This document shows positions 40,887 to 55,229 of a stretch of DNA of 64,000 bases, one piece after another; the stretch's first letter is position 1, and every line of letters starts with the position of its first letter. This stretch comes from Lama glama (lineage: Eukaryota): contig CM052817.1 in assembly GCA_028534125.1 (NCBI GenBank), positions 53,074,001-53,138,000 of the forward strand, read 5' to 3'. The notes beneath the pieces were generated by a model that did not search any database, had not been told where the DNA came from, and saw only the letters and a program-made list of their open reading frames with translations. A program made the position numbers and the translations under genes.

Positions 40887-41371
40887 TCAATATAATTGTC
40901 CATCTAACCTGCAGCTGACTATAGATGCATGAGTCTACCCAGTCAGAACCATCAGCTGGTTGATAAATTTGTGAGCAATAATAAATATTTGTTTAAGAAG
41001 TGTATTGACTTAGGGCATTTAGGAGACCTTAAAAGAGTAATGATCAGAGATGGAAGATTAAATGAGGCAGGAGACAAGGATAAAATTTATTTCTGGCTTG
41101 CTCGAATTTTATTTTTATCATGCTCTGAACAAGTAGCTAGAACATTTGGAAAGATATTTTATTTCCCCTTTTCTCCCTCTGTCATCACATCTAAGACATT
41201 TTCCACATCTATACATGCTCTTTTAACTGAATAAAAATTATATTTGCTTTAAAAATAATAATACTTATCTGATAAGTGTCCTGCACTGGACTTTATGCTT
41301 TATTTAATCTATAAATTACTCTTTTGATTAAAAAGCATTATTTTTCTTATTTTCAAGAAACCAAAACTGAA

Positions 41372-41516
41372 ATTTTGAGATTCACATATAAAAAGTCTCA
41401 AGCCTATAAATGGCAGGACCAGAATTCAAACCAAAAAAAAAAAAAAAAGCCTACCAAACCCGGTCTTTTAAATATTTATTTGTATCAAGTACATTTCTTG
41501 AAACACATAAGATCTT
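41372..41516 (+). repeat. Direct repeat copy 1 (pairs with 46107-46259); overlaps the end of a MIR
   Basis: ATTTTGAGAT...GGCAGGACCAGAATTCAAACC-A tract-CCTACCAAAC...GTATCAAGTACATTTCTTGAAACACATAAGATCTT occurs twice, about 90% identical by eye. Confidence 0.95.
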
Positions 41517-42573
41517 ACAAATGGATATTCCAGATAAAGGAAAACAGATGTGCAAAAGTGCAGCCAGAATTAAAAAACAGAGTGTGGTCCAAGACATACA
41601 GATTGGCTGGCTGGTGACAACAGTGTAGGTTTGGGAAAGGCAAAGGTGAGGTTCTGTCTGCAGAGGGACTTGAAAGTGGAGAGAAGCAGCTTAGTTTTTA
41701 TATCTATAAAGCATAGAGTACCTTCATAGGACCTGAAGCAAGACAGTGGTGCGAAGAATGGTGATTTAGTGGCAGAAGGGAAGACAGGGGAGAAGACAGT
41801 TTAAGAAACTATTACTAAGCAAGGTACAGAGAGGGTGTTGTAGCATATTACACTTTTTGAAAAGGGGAAAAAAACATTTATACTTGCAAATGCATAGAGT
41901 TTGACCTTGCTCTTTCTTCACTTTCCAGTGGGGGCTAATTTAATTTCCCACTAAAGGGTACATGAGACCCTGGCAACAGTAGTTCCCTCCACCCCCACCC
42001 CGAGGAGGGGAATTGGTAGCTGCTTTTCAAGGAGAGAAGGAGGCTTTTTTTTTCCTTTCCTTTTCTTCCTTTTATTCTTTTTCTGTAGATCCTTTTGTAT
42101 ACTTTCACACTTTCTATTTTGTACTTTGGACATGTATTACCTGGCTAAAAACTAATTTGCTTTTTAAGAGGTTATTAGATAATCTAGAAAACATTGTTAG
42201 GGAGAATGTACCTGCCACTCACCCCCACCTCCCCAGGAAGAACGTCCTTAATCCTAGTAGCCTAGTGACCTCAAAAAGCTTTTGTTGAGATGACTGACTA
42301 CTGGTCTGGCTAGTATTCAGACTTGGGGGTAGGAGAGGCGGCCTGTATAGATCTTACATCTTCTTGCTGGTTGTATTTGGGGCTGACTGATTCCATTACC
42401 AGCCTCCTAATCCTGGCTGATGCCAAGTGGGTTCCCCTTCTGTATCCAGCAAAAGTGTACCGGGTCATCATTCAGCAAGCATCTGGGTACCATGGGAGAC
42501 AGTAAGCCACGAAAATGCCAGAGGAATGAAGACACAGGGGCAGCACAGAAAATAAGCACCTATCCTTCCTTAC

Positions 42574-43149
42574 TTTGGAGCAGATTTGTGAGCAGAAAGG
42601 GTCCAAGGTAGTTGGTGGCAAAGGTGACATCAAGGCCCTCTGAAGTATGTGTTGTGGGCAATCCTGGGAGGAGATGAAAACATAGGTGGTGGGTGATGGA
42701 ATGACAACCCCGAGGGAGATGATGTCTGGGGAGGATGTATTGGGGTTCAGTAGAAAAGCCACAGGAACATATGTGTGTCAAGATCAGAACAGTGAAGTTT
42801 GAAGCTACAACTTAAGGTAGGCTTTTTAGGACAGTGTCCTAATTAAGAGTGTTTCCACGGAGTATACAGGTTAGGCTTGGGGGATGCCTGTTTTGGGGTC
42901 CCTGAGCTAGAAAAGAGGCTCCTGAAATGCATTTAGGGGAAGTTAAGTCAAGACACATACCACAGACTGCAGCATTGTTAACCAGTAGATGTATCTCTGG
43001 ATACTACCGCAGAAGCCACTAAGCAAAGCTCTGGATGGAGGCCATCGAGCTCATGTCCACTTTAAGAAGCAGGAGGTGGTTGTTCTTTGAGGCTGCCTGT
43101 AACTCGGCCAGGGCTTGCTGTCCACACTCATGACTATGGCAGGCCAGGG

Positions 43150-43152
<3 letters not shown>
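42574..43152 (-). pseudogene. Fragment of a retinol-dehydrogenase-like SDR gene (one 5'-truncated exon plus one complete exon)
   Basis: Exon ~43152-42961 reads TLACHSHECGQQALAELQAASKNNHLLLLKVDMSSMASIQSFA*WLLR*YPEIHLLVNNAAVC, followed by GTATGT. After CAG, exon 42663-42574 reads GLPTTHTSEGLDVTFATNYLGPFLLTNLLQ, followed by GTAAGG. Both junctions are phase 1. SDR motifs (LACR-like, VDxSS, LVNNA, TNYLGPFLLTNLL) are present, with stops at 43019-21 and 43004-06. Confidence 0.9.
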
Positions 43153-44858
<1,706 letters not shown>

Positions 44859-44944
44859 CTGCAAGTCAGGGCTAGAGATCGAGGAGTGGAAAAGGAGGAA
44901 GCTTCCTCAAGCTGTCTAATAGGAAGGATAAACCTTTTGAAAGG

Positions 44945-45140
44945 GACAATTTACTAAGAGCCTACTATGGGACAGCTGCTTTTCGGGTATGTGACCTAGC
45001 TAATTTAATTTTTGTAACAGCTCACTAAGCCCATTTTACAGACAAACTGAAACTCGACAGCAGTTAACCTACATTTGCTTGAGATTACACCCTGAACCCA
45101 AGCTATGTATAGTTCTAACCGCAGAGTCCTTGTTATTTGC
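44945..45140 (+). mobile_element. MIR
   Basis: Core CCCATTTTACAGACAAACTGAAACTCGACAGCAGTTAAC. Confidence 0.65.
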
Positions 45141-45734
45141 ACTAGTTTCAAGTGTTCAAAACTCTTGAGAGTTCAAAGAACTTGAGAAAGATGAGTCAAC
45201 AGTGCTGGAATTATTAATGTAGCCACTCTCTGGGCTTCTGCTCAGCTTTCAGATGTGTACAGAGGTGTCTACTTGCACCCAGTCCTGCAGCTCCCCAGCT
45301 TGCTGCATAAATGACTCGAGGTTTCCTAGGGGAATCACACACCCCCAACACCCTCCTTCCCAGCCCCCCAGAGAGAGAGTGCTCCTTTCTGCCCACTCTC
45401 CTGCCTGATCCTCCTCTCTTCTGGCCATACCTCTCCCTCCTCCACCCAGATCTTGCTTTTTCAATAGTTGGATCCCTAGGTGATTCAGGGCTCCTCTTCC
45501 TTCTCCCTTCTCAGTGCCCCTAACTTGCACTCTGAGGGGACCACTTGCAGTAGGCTGAATCATGCAGACAGGCTGAGCCACCAGGTGGCAACACACACTA
45601 CCATAAAGGGGCAGCCAGGTGGAGTTCTCCTCTAGGGGAGGAGAAGTGCAGGGTGAGGGTGGGGAGAGTGAAGGAGACCATCCAACAGCCCCTCTTCTCA
45701 CCATCCGGCATCCCCCACATACACACATACTCAC

Positions 45735-45878
45735 CATGGCTGGCGAGGGTGAGGTCATGGGTATGGAACCCATCTTGCACTGCTGCCAGGGTGAGAGTGG
45801 TATGAGCCAAGAGGTGGTAACGAGGAACTCTGCTGGACAGAGAAGTGCATGGATGGCAGAAGCTTTATGGGCCTCCAT
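45735..45878 (-). pseudogene. Putative upstream exon of the C2orf81-like copy
   Basis: GCCAGCCATG|GTGAGT has a Kozak-like ATG (45737-45735) directly before a consensus donor. It is phase 0, compatible with the 44858 acceptor (M-ERQAQD). The 5' boundary is unknown. Confidence 0.4.
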
Positions 45879-45929
45879 GATTCAGGCTGCCCTACAGAAA
45901 ACCAGATTGCTTCCCCCGCAGGGGTTGGA

Positions 45930-46106
45930 ACAAACATTTACTGCACTCCTGCTAAGTGCTGGACCGTATGTTTTAAATGTCATACCACTGTATTCCCACG
46001 ACAGCCCTGTGGGGTAGCATTCTTTAATTAATAGATGAGGCCACTTGAGGCTTAACGAGGTTAAGAAATCTGCCCTTAAATAGAGGTTAGGTGATACAGT
46101 TGGAAT
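45930..46106 (+). mobile_element. MIR cut off by direct repeat copy 2
   Basis: Runs from AACATTTACTG through ATAGATGAGGCCACTTGAGGCTTAACGAGGTTAAG and ends abruptly at 46106. Confidence 0.65.
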
Positions 46107-46259
46107 ATTTTGAGATAACTCACATACAAAAAGTCTCAAGCCTGTAAGTGGCAGGACCAGAATTCAAACCAAAAAATAAATAAATAAATAAACCTACCAA
46201 ACTCAGTCTTTTAAATATTTACATGTATCAAGTACATTTCTTGAAACACATAAGATCTT
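46107..46259 (+). repeat. Direct repeat copy 2 (pairs with 41372-41516)
   Basis: Same sequence as copy 1, except the A tract reads (AAAT)n. Confidence 0.95.
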
Positions 46260-46859
46260 CCTGTCTGGTACCTCTGATCTCTCTTCTTCATATCTTATGC
46301 TTCTATAATTAGGGCAGCATTCCTTATCATACTTGCCAGGGTCCTCTGAATAATGAGTTTTCAAATCCTGCTGCCTATGTTCAAATCCTGATTCCTTCCA
46401 CATAACTGAACTTCAGATGTTACAGTTAACTGAGTTTGAGACATCAGCTGAATTATCCTTGTGCCTCATTAGCTCATCTTAATAACTAAGTTTGTTGTAA
46501 GGATTAAATCGTCTCACGGCCTTTAGCGTAGGATCTGGTAAACAAAACCTCAAGTAGCTTTTGTTTTGTTCTTTTTAAACAGTATTCTCACATTCACAGA
46601 CCTTTTAAATGAATTACTGGAAAATTAACAGACCTTCCATTGCACATTCTTAATAAAGCAGTGGAGAGAGTTCAACTTTGCTTTCTCAAGTTATTATCGC
46701 TTTAGTTTAGGCTATTTTGGAAGGATGAGCTTATTAAGAAATGAGTTGGTTATGTAAATTATATAAATCAGTAGCTTAAATGTGTAAAGTAATGTTTTGT
46801 AAACCTGACAAGTGAATATTTCAGAAAAGCTAAATTGAACAGTTTATAGTAACAACTAA

Positions 46860-47105
46860 TACTGATTTAACACAATATGACTGAGAAAGGGACCCCTCCA
46901 AGTGTTTTATAGGTATTAACTAATTTTATACTTAGCATAAGCCTGTGAGGTTCATACTATAATTATGCTCATTTTAAGGTAAGGAAACCAAGGTACATAA
47001 ACGTGAAGTTATTTGACCTTGGTCATTCATCTCATAAATGGCAGTGCTGGGAATTCTAGATCAAGTCTTCTGGCTTCACTATTTGTGCTCCTAACCACTG
47101 TGCTA
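46860..47105 (+). mobile_element. MIR
   Basis: Contains CTCATTTTAAGGTAAGGAAACCAAGGTAC, AAATGGCAGTGCTGGGA and GCTCCTAACCACTGTGCT. Confidence 0.7.
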
Positions 47106-48292
47106 ATATTAACTGTTCTCAACAACACTGTATCTTAAATACTGGATATATGGACTAAAAATAATTAAAAGTTTTCTATATCGCTCAGGGTCTTATAAAC
47201 ATCAGTTACTGTCCTGAGATTTAACCCAAGACAGTATTAATCTAGAGATAACTACATCTTTAATGGAAAGGGTTATAGCTAGAATCCTACCAACCATCTT
47301 ACATGACCTTTGCCTTTTCTCTAAGATAAGATAATGTGCCTTTGAAAACAAGAATCAGATATACAATATTTAAGACCAGGGGATTAAAAAAAATATTTAG
47401 GTAGATGGCCTGGATGTTATGGTAAACCAGAGGACTCCTTCCTTTCTGTCTCCACTACAAAGCTTCTTGTTTCCCTCACTCAACAGATTCATTAATATTG
47501 GCTCTCATTTCTTGGAAAAATGTATCTCAAACAAGAACAACTCTTGGAAGGTCTTATTCAAATAAATGGCAATGAGCAAAAAGAATGAAAATATGTAAAA
47601 AGGGGGGGAAATATATGAATGATATATATTCAAAACTAAAAGACATCTTAAAATATTTGAGTAAAAAAGATTGTACACATTTGAAATTTCTTATATATCA
47701 TGCAAAGTTATTACATCTAGTATTACAGCCAGATTGGGATTTTGCCTTTAGCTTTTATCCTTCAAATGTTCCAACTCTTTGAGGAGTAAGTGCAAAATTT
47801 GAAAGAATTTCTACTCTGGAATCTCTATTTTTCCTATAATATACTCATCCAAATTGATGTGTTTGCTAATTTCCATTTCCTTTCAGAAGGAATTTTTGTG
47901 GATATGTGTCTCCAAATATTTTTAATTTGTTATTTCTAATTTGCCAGGCTCTGGCAAGTGGAGGATAAATAAGTTGGGGGGGTGTATAATTGTGACTAGA
48001 GTAGGGTTAAGTTCTTACACTTGTCTGCAAATTTTCTCATCTGTGTTCTGTATAGCTAAGGTTATCTCCTAGGTAACTACCAGGTAACTGATGTTTCACT
48101 AACAAACTTTAAACATTCCTAAAACATTGAGTTTTTAACAGCATCTAAACAGAAGACAATTCTCTACCAGAAATTCTAAAGTTTATTTCCTTTGAGCTTC
48201 CAATCCCTATGGTTTTACTAAACTTCTCATGATTTTCAAGACTCCCAGTCTTGGTTGTCATTATTTAGTCTCTTATGTTAGCATTAAAAATC

Positions 48293-48298
48293 ATATAC

Positions 48299-48329
<31 letters not shown>

Positions 48330-48385
48330 CACACACACACACAAAGACACATATGTGTATATATGTATATATGTATGTATATAGA
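48293..48385. repeat. Compound (TA)n/(CA)n microsatellite
   Basis: Directly visible. Confidence 0.9.
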
Positions 48386-48949
48386 TATTTAAAATAAATA
48401 TATATATTTAAAATATCTAATGTGATATATATTTAAAAGGAAAGTGATCTTGGTTTATTTCTGTCTGCTTACTTGCAGTTAAAAAAACACACTAGGAATT
48501 ATTTAGATTCATGAAACCACTTCTCAAACTTCAGTCTACAAGGTGCCAATTGATGAATACAAAGTTATTAATTTGTATTTTGTAAATAATTTGTAAATTA
48601 TTAATTTTTGATATTTGAATATCAAAAATATGAAAAATTTGTATTTAAAGAAAATTACATGAGTTGTTCTTCAGGAAACAAACTAGTACAATTTGTTGTA
48701 GTTTGTATTTATGCTTATAAAATAACATTTTGAAATTTTATTTTATTACTAGCAACATTGTCCTTATTAAGCTTAGTTTTAAATTGGTAAAAAAGACAAA
48801 TTATTCTTTTAAACCAAAGGATTTAATGGGAAAATACTCAAGATTCATAGTTATCTGAAAGTCACAACTAACTTTCTGTCCTCTTCTTTTTCATTAATTG
48901 CACTAGCATTCAGCAAAGTATCACAGAAGTAGTGATACAGATACTAATT

Positions 48950-49731
48950 TTCCTCTGAATCTAGTTTCAACAAGGGGAGAGGTCTCCCACACAAGTAAGC
49001 AGTGCTCTGACACCAGCCGGATGTCCTACAATTCAACTCAATTTTGATACTATCCAGGAGATAGCATCAGATTCCTCTGGTTAAGGAGTCATTCTTGACT
49101 GCCCTCTCCCCTCACTTCAGAAGCCAGCCACAAGCCCAGGTCACTGGTGCTTCTGACCAACTGGCTATAAGAGGTCCCCAGGACCTCCTCCCTGGGTTTG
49201 ATTAGTTTTCTAGAGCAGCTCACAATTTAGAGAAGCATTTTATGGAAGAGATGCATAGGGCAGGGAATGGAGAAGGGCAAGGAACTTCAATGCTCTCTCC
49301 CAGCACACCACTCTTACCAAATCTCCAAGTGTTCATCACCTAGAAGTTCTTCAGATCATGTCTTTTACGTTTTTATGGAGGCTTCATTACATAGGCATCA
49401 TTAGTTATTGGCCCTTGGCAATTGAAATCTATCTCCAGCCCCTCTTCTCTTCCAGGAAGTGGGGAGAGAGGGTGGGACTGAAAGTTCCAACCCTTTAATC
49501 ACGTTGTTGGTTCTCCTGGCAACTAGGCCCTCAGTTTAAGTTACCAAAGAGCTTTCCAAAAGTTATCTCATTAACATAACAAAAGATACTTATTTAGATC
49601 TATCACAGGAAATTCCAAGAGCTTTAGGAGCCTTGAACCAGGGACCATGAACAAGTGCCAAATATATCTGAGAAATATATTTTGGTCTCTGAATGACCAA
49701 ATATATATTTCTTATAAATCACAATATCACT
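48950..49731. mobile_element. Solo LTR, MER21-like
   Basis: Contains GACACCAGCCGGATGTCCTACAATTCAACTCAATTTTGATACTATC and ends TTTCTTATAAATCACAATATCAC. Confidence 0.75.
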
Positions 49732-49868
49732 GACATAGAGAGAAAGCCCACATCAGATATGTAAAACTGGCACAAAAGCTCAGTTTCCATGAGGGAACAT
49801 TTTTCAATGAATTTAATATAAATCCATAGTCAATAACCTAACACCTATATTGTTGAAATTTTATATGA

Positions 49869-50235
49869 TGTAAAAACTAAAACAGAAACCTCAATTAAAA
49901 TAGAGTCAGGGCTCTGAAGCCCTGTGACCATAGCCGAGCCCCACAAGAAAAAGAAAGCCGCCTTCTTGTTTTCAGACAAGAGTTCAGCTAATGAGAAACT
50001 GTCACAACTCAGCCAACCAAAAGTTACTCCACTTCAAGCTCTCAATTTCTCTAACTGACTCTGTTTACCATGGCCCTCCCAACTTCCTTTTCCCCTCTTT
50101 AAAAAGGGGGTTTACTCTCCTATCGTGCCAGGACTTGCATGTGGCTTGGCATGGTTGCAAAGCCCGAATTGCAATTCTTTGCTGATTCCAGATAAAGCCA
50201 TTTTTGCTAGAAAAATAACTGGCAATTTTGTATAC
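49869..50235 (+). mobile_element. Probable ERV1-type solo LTR
   Basis: TG...CA termini, with CCAA box-like, TTTAAAAA and ATAAA elements in LTR order. Family not assigned. Confidence 0.55.
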
Positions 50236-52729
50236 AGAACTGGCAATATGATTTTCAGGTCAGGCAAAATGGAAATGTGGGTCACTTTATTCAAAAATTA
50301 TTAAAAATTCTAAGGCAACAACAGTAGAGCATTAGACCAAGTACAGGGTCCTTCTAAACGTAGGGTCCTTGTAACTACATGTCACATGCGCTCAAAGCCT
50401 GCTTGTACATGAGGTTTAAAGTAGGTAGACATAAAATTATCCAGTAATGTGATCCTATTTCCTGTGACACACTAGAATAAGTTTAATTATATTCAATTAA
50501 TGTTAAAAACCACTTGTTAGCAGTCAGACAGTATATCATCAAATAACTTTAACCATGACCATCTCCTTTAGGTATCAGTGTAAGTCTTCAGTTACAAAGG
50601 CATAGAGAGAGCCTTCTGTTACAGCTGAGAATGCAAGGATAGAACTAGAATATAAATAAAACATGGCAAAGATCAAATTGACCAGACATACATACATTGG
50701 AAATGTAATTGTATTTTCTAAGAAAAATACGTATCAAATGAGTGTCTCAAAATACTGCCTTTGAACAGCTCTATCCTATTGACTTGGAACTATAGCATTG
50801 AATTTAAATTATATGTAGCCATAAACATATTTAAAGGTGTTCTGTCCTTTAAATATTATATTTCCTTATTTGTTACTCAGTATTTCATGATGTCAGAATG
50901 GCGTATTGTGGAACTAACGGTCTTAAAACTGTATTTACCCATACTAAATCCCATTCTGATTCCATATACCTGTGTTTACTTGCTGTGCTGATCTTACATT
51001 CAGCAGCAGCTTTGTCATCAATCCCCTGTATTACTCTGCCAGACTGCTCCACCTCTGACGTTAGATTCTGCATGAAGTAACTTACAAAACAAAGAAATAG
51101 AACAAAAAAACTATTATTTTATAGTTATTTCTTCAGAATCTCTCTATCTTTTAGAATTCTGTCTGTAAAGTCCTGATAGATATTAAGGAGCAATATTAGC
51201 TTCAAATAGATTTTTTTCTGTTAAGAGTTATGAGAAGAATTCAAACAACACGCTTATTCCACTAAAAGAGTATACACAACCAGCCAAGTAGTGAGAACAT
51301 TCTAGCATCCTAGCACAGATGATCTCCCCTTGTTAATCTGTTTCGTGCTAATTTACTTGCAAAATAGGCAGATAAAAAGGAACCCATATGAGTGATTTTA
51401 TATTTTTTGCATCCTGGTCATAGAATTTCTAGTTAACTGTCTTTTATTTTAAAACCCTTTATTTTTCTTAAAATAAATTCGCAATCAATGTACAAAACCC
51501 AGATATATGATGGAAATATTGGAAAACAGAAATAAGTAAAATAAGAAGAGACATCCATTGTTTCATTAACCATATGTTTCAATAATTATTACCTGATATA
51601 TATTCTAACAGAATGTGTGCTGTGCATATTGGAGTAAAAAACTATACTGTTTGAAAACATGTTTTAACCTTATAATACATAGTGTTTATCCTTAAAATTA
51701 AGTGTTCATTTAGCATATAATTAAATGGCTGCATACATAAATGCATTAAGTTTACTTAACATATCTTAAATTATTTGATGTTTATGTGTATACATATGTG
51801 AAAGGATACAGCTAATTCTTTGTTAAGAAATGCAAGTATATCTTTAGAGTGTCTTCAAAGAGTAAAAATCTGGAGCAAAGATACACATATTTTTTACATA
51901 TTTTTCAAGTTTTCAAAACATATTATCCAATTGATCTCCAACATAAGTTTCAATTTTTTTCTTCTTAACAAAATTATTGAAATTAAATATTTTGCATACA
52001 ATCTATCAATATTGTATATTATTATCATTTTATATAAATGCCCCTATTAAACTTACAAAAAACCTATGTGATAGGTATTATTTTACTTCCCTTTTATAAA
52101 AGTACAGCACAGAAAGTTTGAACAATTTGCTTCTGGTTATGTTGTATTGTAGTTGGAAAGTGAGTGACCTGTGATTTGAGTCAATGCAGGCTCAATCCAG
52201 TCTATACACATACATACTTAGGCATGTTTATAATACATTGAAATTTTATATATTAAGATCATGAAAACATTTTAATAAGACACAAACAAGTTGATGTCAA
52301 AGCTACCAGAAATCATTGAACATTATTCTTCATGACTAGTGCTTTTACTTCCAAACTAATTCAGCCTCTCTGAAAGAGAAAGCAAGTATGTTGCTACTAG
52401 CTAGTCATTATACTAAATGTCTAAGTGTTTAAATGTCTTTTAAAGGTTTTGTGATCTAAAGCTTAGGAAGTGTGCTATGATGAAATACAAATGGTGGAAC
52501 ATTATTACTAATAGGAATAAAATGTTTTTTCTACTCTCATCAAGTTTAAGTGGGCATTTCTTTCCTCTTGCAAGGCATTTATCTCCCTCAATTTTTATTA
52601 TATTGTTATCTGTGTCCAGGTGTTTCTTCTCCACTACACTGAAAACTACTTAATGGTTTAGAACCATTTGTGCTGATCATTGGATCCCCAATCCTAGTAG
52701 ACTTCCTGTTACACATTCATGTTTGCATT

Positions 52730-53594
52730 TATTGATTCAGTAAAGATTTATTTAACACATATTATTTGATTACCAAATGTATGGGGCTGGGGATTTAATA
52801 GAGTATAAAACAGACAGGCTTTGTGAACTTGCTGGCCTTGTACTTTAGAAGAAATGACATATCAACTAATAAATAGTCGAGATACCTAAGTATATTCTTA
52901 GAATGTACCAAATTGACTCACCAAGCATGTTGTGAATGAAATAAATTAGGGAAAATCCTAGGTGTGGTGAAAGCTTGTTGAGCAGATGTCCAGACTCAGG
53001 GTTGATCTGATATGCAGTCTTGTGGCCATATATGCTGGGGAAACGATAGTGAGAAGGTGGAGGGGGGCTGTATTAGATGGCACAGTCAAGAAAAGCTTCT
53101 CTGAAATATAGATTTAAGAGTCCTGTGGCATGATAAGTAGCTCACTTGAGAAAAAAAAAAAAAGGTAAGAACGGCCTGCTGCAAGGGACAAGAAAGCACA
53201 AAAGTCCCGAGGCATGAGAGAGCTTGATGTAATTTGGAAAGAATAGGAGAAGACAAAAGAGACTGTAAAGTAGTAAACATTTAAGCTAGATGGGAGGTTC
53301 CTGACTAAAAGGTTGGAAATGAAGGCCGAAACAGGTTCTTTCAGGTATTGCAGGCTAAGGAATTTAGAGCCTAACAACAGTTAAAAAAAAAAAAAGAAAG
53401 AAAGAAAAGTTTTAAGCAGTGACACAAGCCTCAGGATCTAATTTACAAATTTTTAAAACTTCACTCTGACCTCTCCATTTGAATGGGTTGGAGGGAATAT
53501 TTGTTGAAAAGAAGGAGACCATTTGAGAGGTAGTTACTCTCAACTAGGCTGATGTGATGGCAGTTTGAACTAAGATGGAAATAGTGGAGGTGCT
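52730..53594 (-). mobile_element. L2 fragment
   Basis: Degenerate L2 motifs such as TCAAGAAAAGCTTCTCTGA, TTTTAAGCAG and TGATGGCAGTTTGAACTAAG. Confidence 0.6.
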
Positions 53595-54082
53595 ACTGGA
53601 GAGGAAGAAAACTTTCCTCTATGCTTCTAGGTTCGTCTGGCTAGTCTAAGAATTAAATTAACATGAGAAAGAGTAACTTTATTCATTGAATTAAATCAAA
53701 TTTAATTTAGTACATATGGTATCCCCACTAAGTGAGAAGTTTAAAGTCAGAAAGGTAAAAATGAGGTACATATGATATCCTGAGCTAAGGAGTAAGACAG
53801 GGGTCTGGGTGTTCTGAGGGCATGGAGGGTCATTCATAAAACAAGAAGAGGAACATGTTTGGTAATTAGATGTTTGCCCTGCCATACAGATGGAGCCACT
53901 TAGCTAAAATTTATTTCTGGTAATAACTCTCTTTGGGGGAAAAATCCCCCATTTAAATTCTTTTAGGTAGTTAAGGGAGGAGCAGTAGTTTTTCTTGAGC
54001 CTGTGGGATCTCCACTGCCTTTAATACAAAATAATTCACATGCCCAAATAATACATCTTGTGTTGGCCTGTTCTGAAACCCA
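53595..54082 (-). mobile_element. ERV1-type solo LTR inserted in L2
   Basis: Runs from GAAAACTTTCCTCTATGCTTCTAGG to CAAAATAATTCACATGCC, and L2 sequence resumes afterwards. Family approximate. Confidence 0.55.
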
Positions 54083-55229
54083 TAGTGGCATAAAGGAGTG
54101 TATTTGAGATATATTTTGGAGTTAGAAATGATAGAATTCTATGAAGATTAAGTGGTTCTTTTGTTCTCTGTAAATTTTGAGTTCCTGAAAGGACTATTTT
54201 TAAACTGTCTTTTAATGCCTTATGTCTACAACAGAGCCTGACCAAAATGCTCAAAGACTGTTAAAAGAAAAAAAAATGTTTCCTGTGGATAGTAAATATC
54301 AAAACTGATATTTAACTAAAGCTTCTCCTTGGCCCATACATACCTATCTTAGCTTTCATTCCTAAACCAGCACATTCCATTCTCTTACTTCCATTTCTGG
54401 TAATAAACTTAATTTAATTCCAACAGAAAAATTTAAGGAATTTCTGTGTTTTGGACATTAAGTTCTATGTTGGAACTCAAAAATAAATAAATCATGTGCC
54501 CTTTTTCTCAAGGACTTCATAATTCACAGGGAAACAAAACTTACAAATTTTAATTGCGTATAATTCTGATTTCCTTTAATATTGGCTTATTGCAAACCAA
54601 AATTTTCTCAGAAAGGTTGAACATTAAAAAAAAGAAAAAAATCTATTTGAAGGTACCAAAATAGAACTTGCTGAGATAAAATTCTGGAAGGGAGGAAATT
54701 CCAGAGACAGAACCTAATATTTGATGTTACTTTTTCTTTAGAGGTATTGGTCTATTCAAAAGCCATGATTAATGTGCTGAGAAGCTTGACAGTAAGAAGT
54801 AGCAGCTGAGATGCTGAGAACCAGAGCAGCCTGAGCAGAATTTCTGACAGTTTCATGCATCTGGGGCAACAGAACTTTGAATTTAGTTTCTGCCAAAGAG
54901 AAGCTCTGATAAACATCTCATTCTTTCAATTGTGATTGTGAAATGACACATACTATAAGTAAATGTGATGCAGAAATTGGACAGTATAAATTAATCCTAA
55001 ATATGAAACAAATCACCCCAGATATTGGTAGCTTAAAATAGCAATCACTATGTAGGTTGGCAGCTTGAGCTGGTTTTGCCTTGGTTCATTGCAGTAAGTG
55101 GACATTTTGACTAGGGTGCATCACCTTCATTCATATCACTGATGTTTTGTAGGCTGACTATCAGCCAGACTGAGTGATTTTCCAGAAGTCTTCTCTAATA
55201 GGCTACTCAAGCCTTCAGCCAAATTCAGA

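Noticed and set aside
42280..42560. Possible next SDR exon (expected RVVNVSS-type motif)
   Set aside because: No SDR-like translation was found on the minus strand, so I treat it as intron.
48605..48629. Short inverted repeat TTTTTGATATT-TG-AATATCAAAAA
   Set aside because: 11-bp arms in very AT-rich sequence are plausible by chance.
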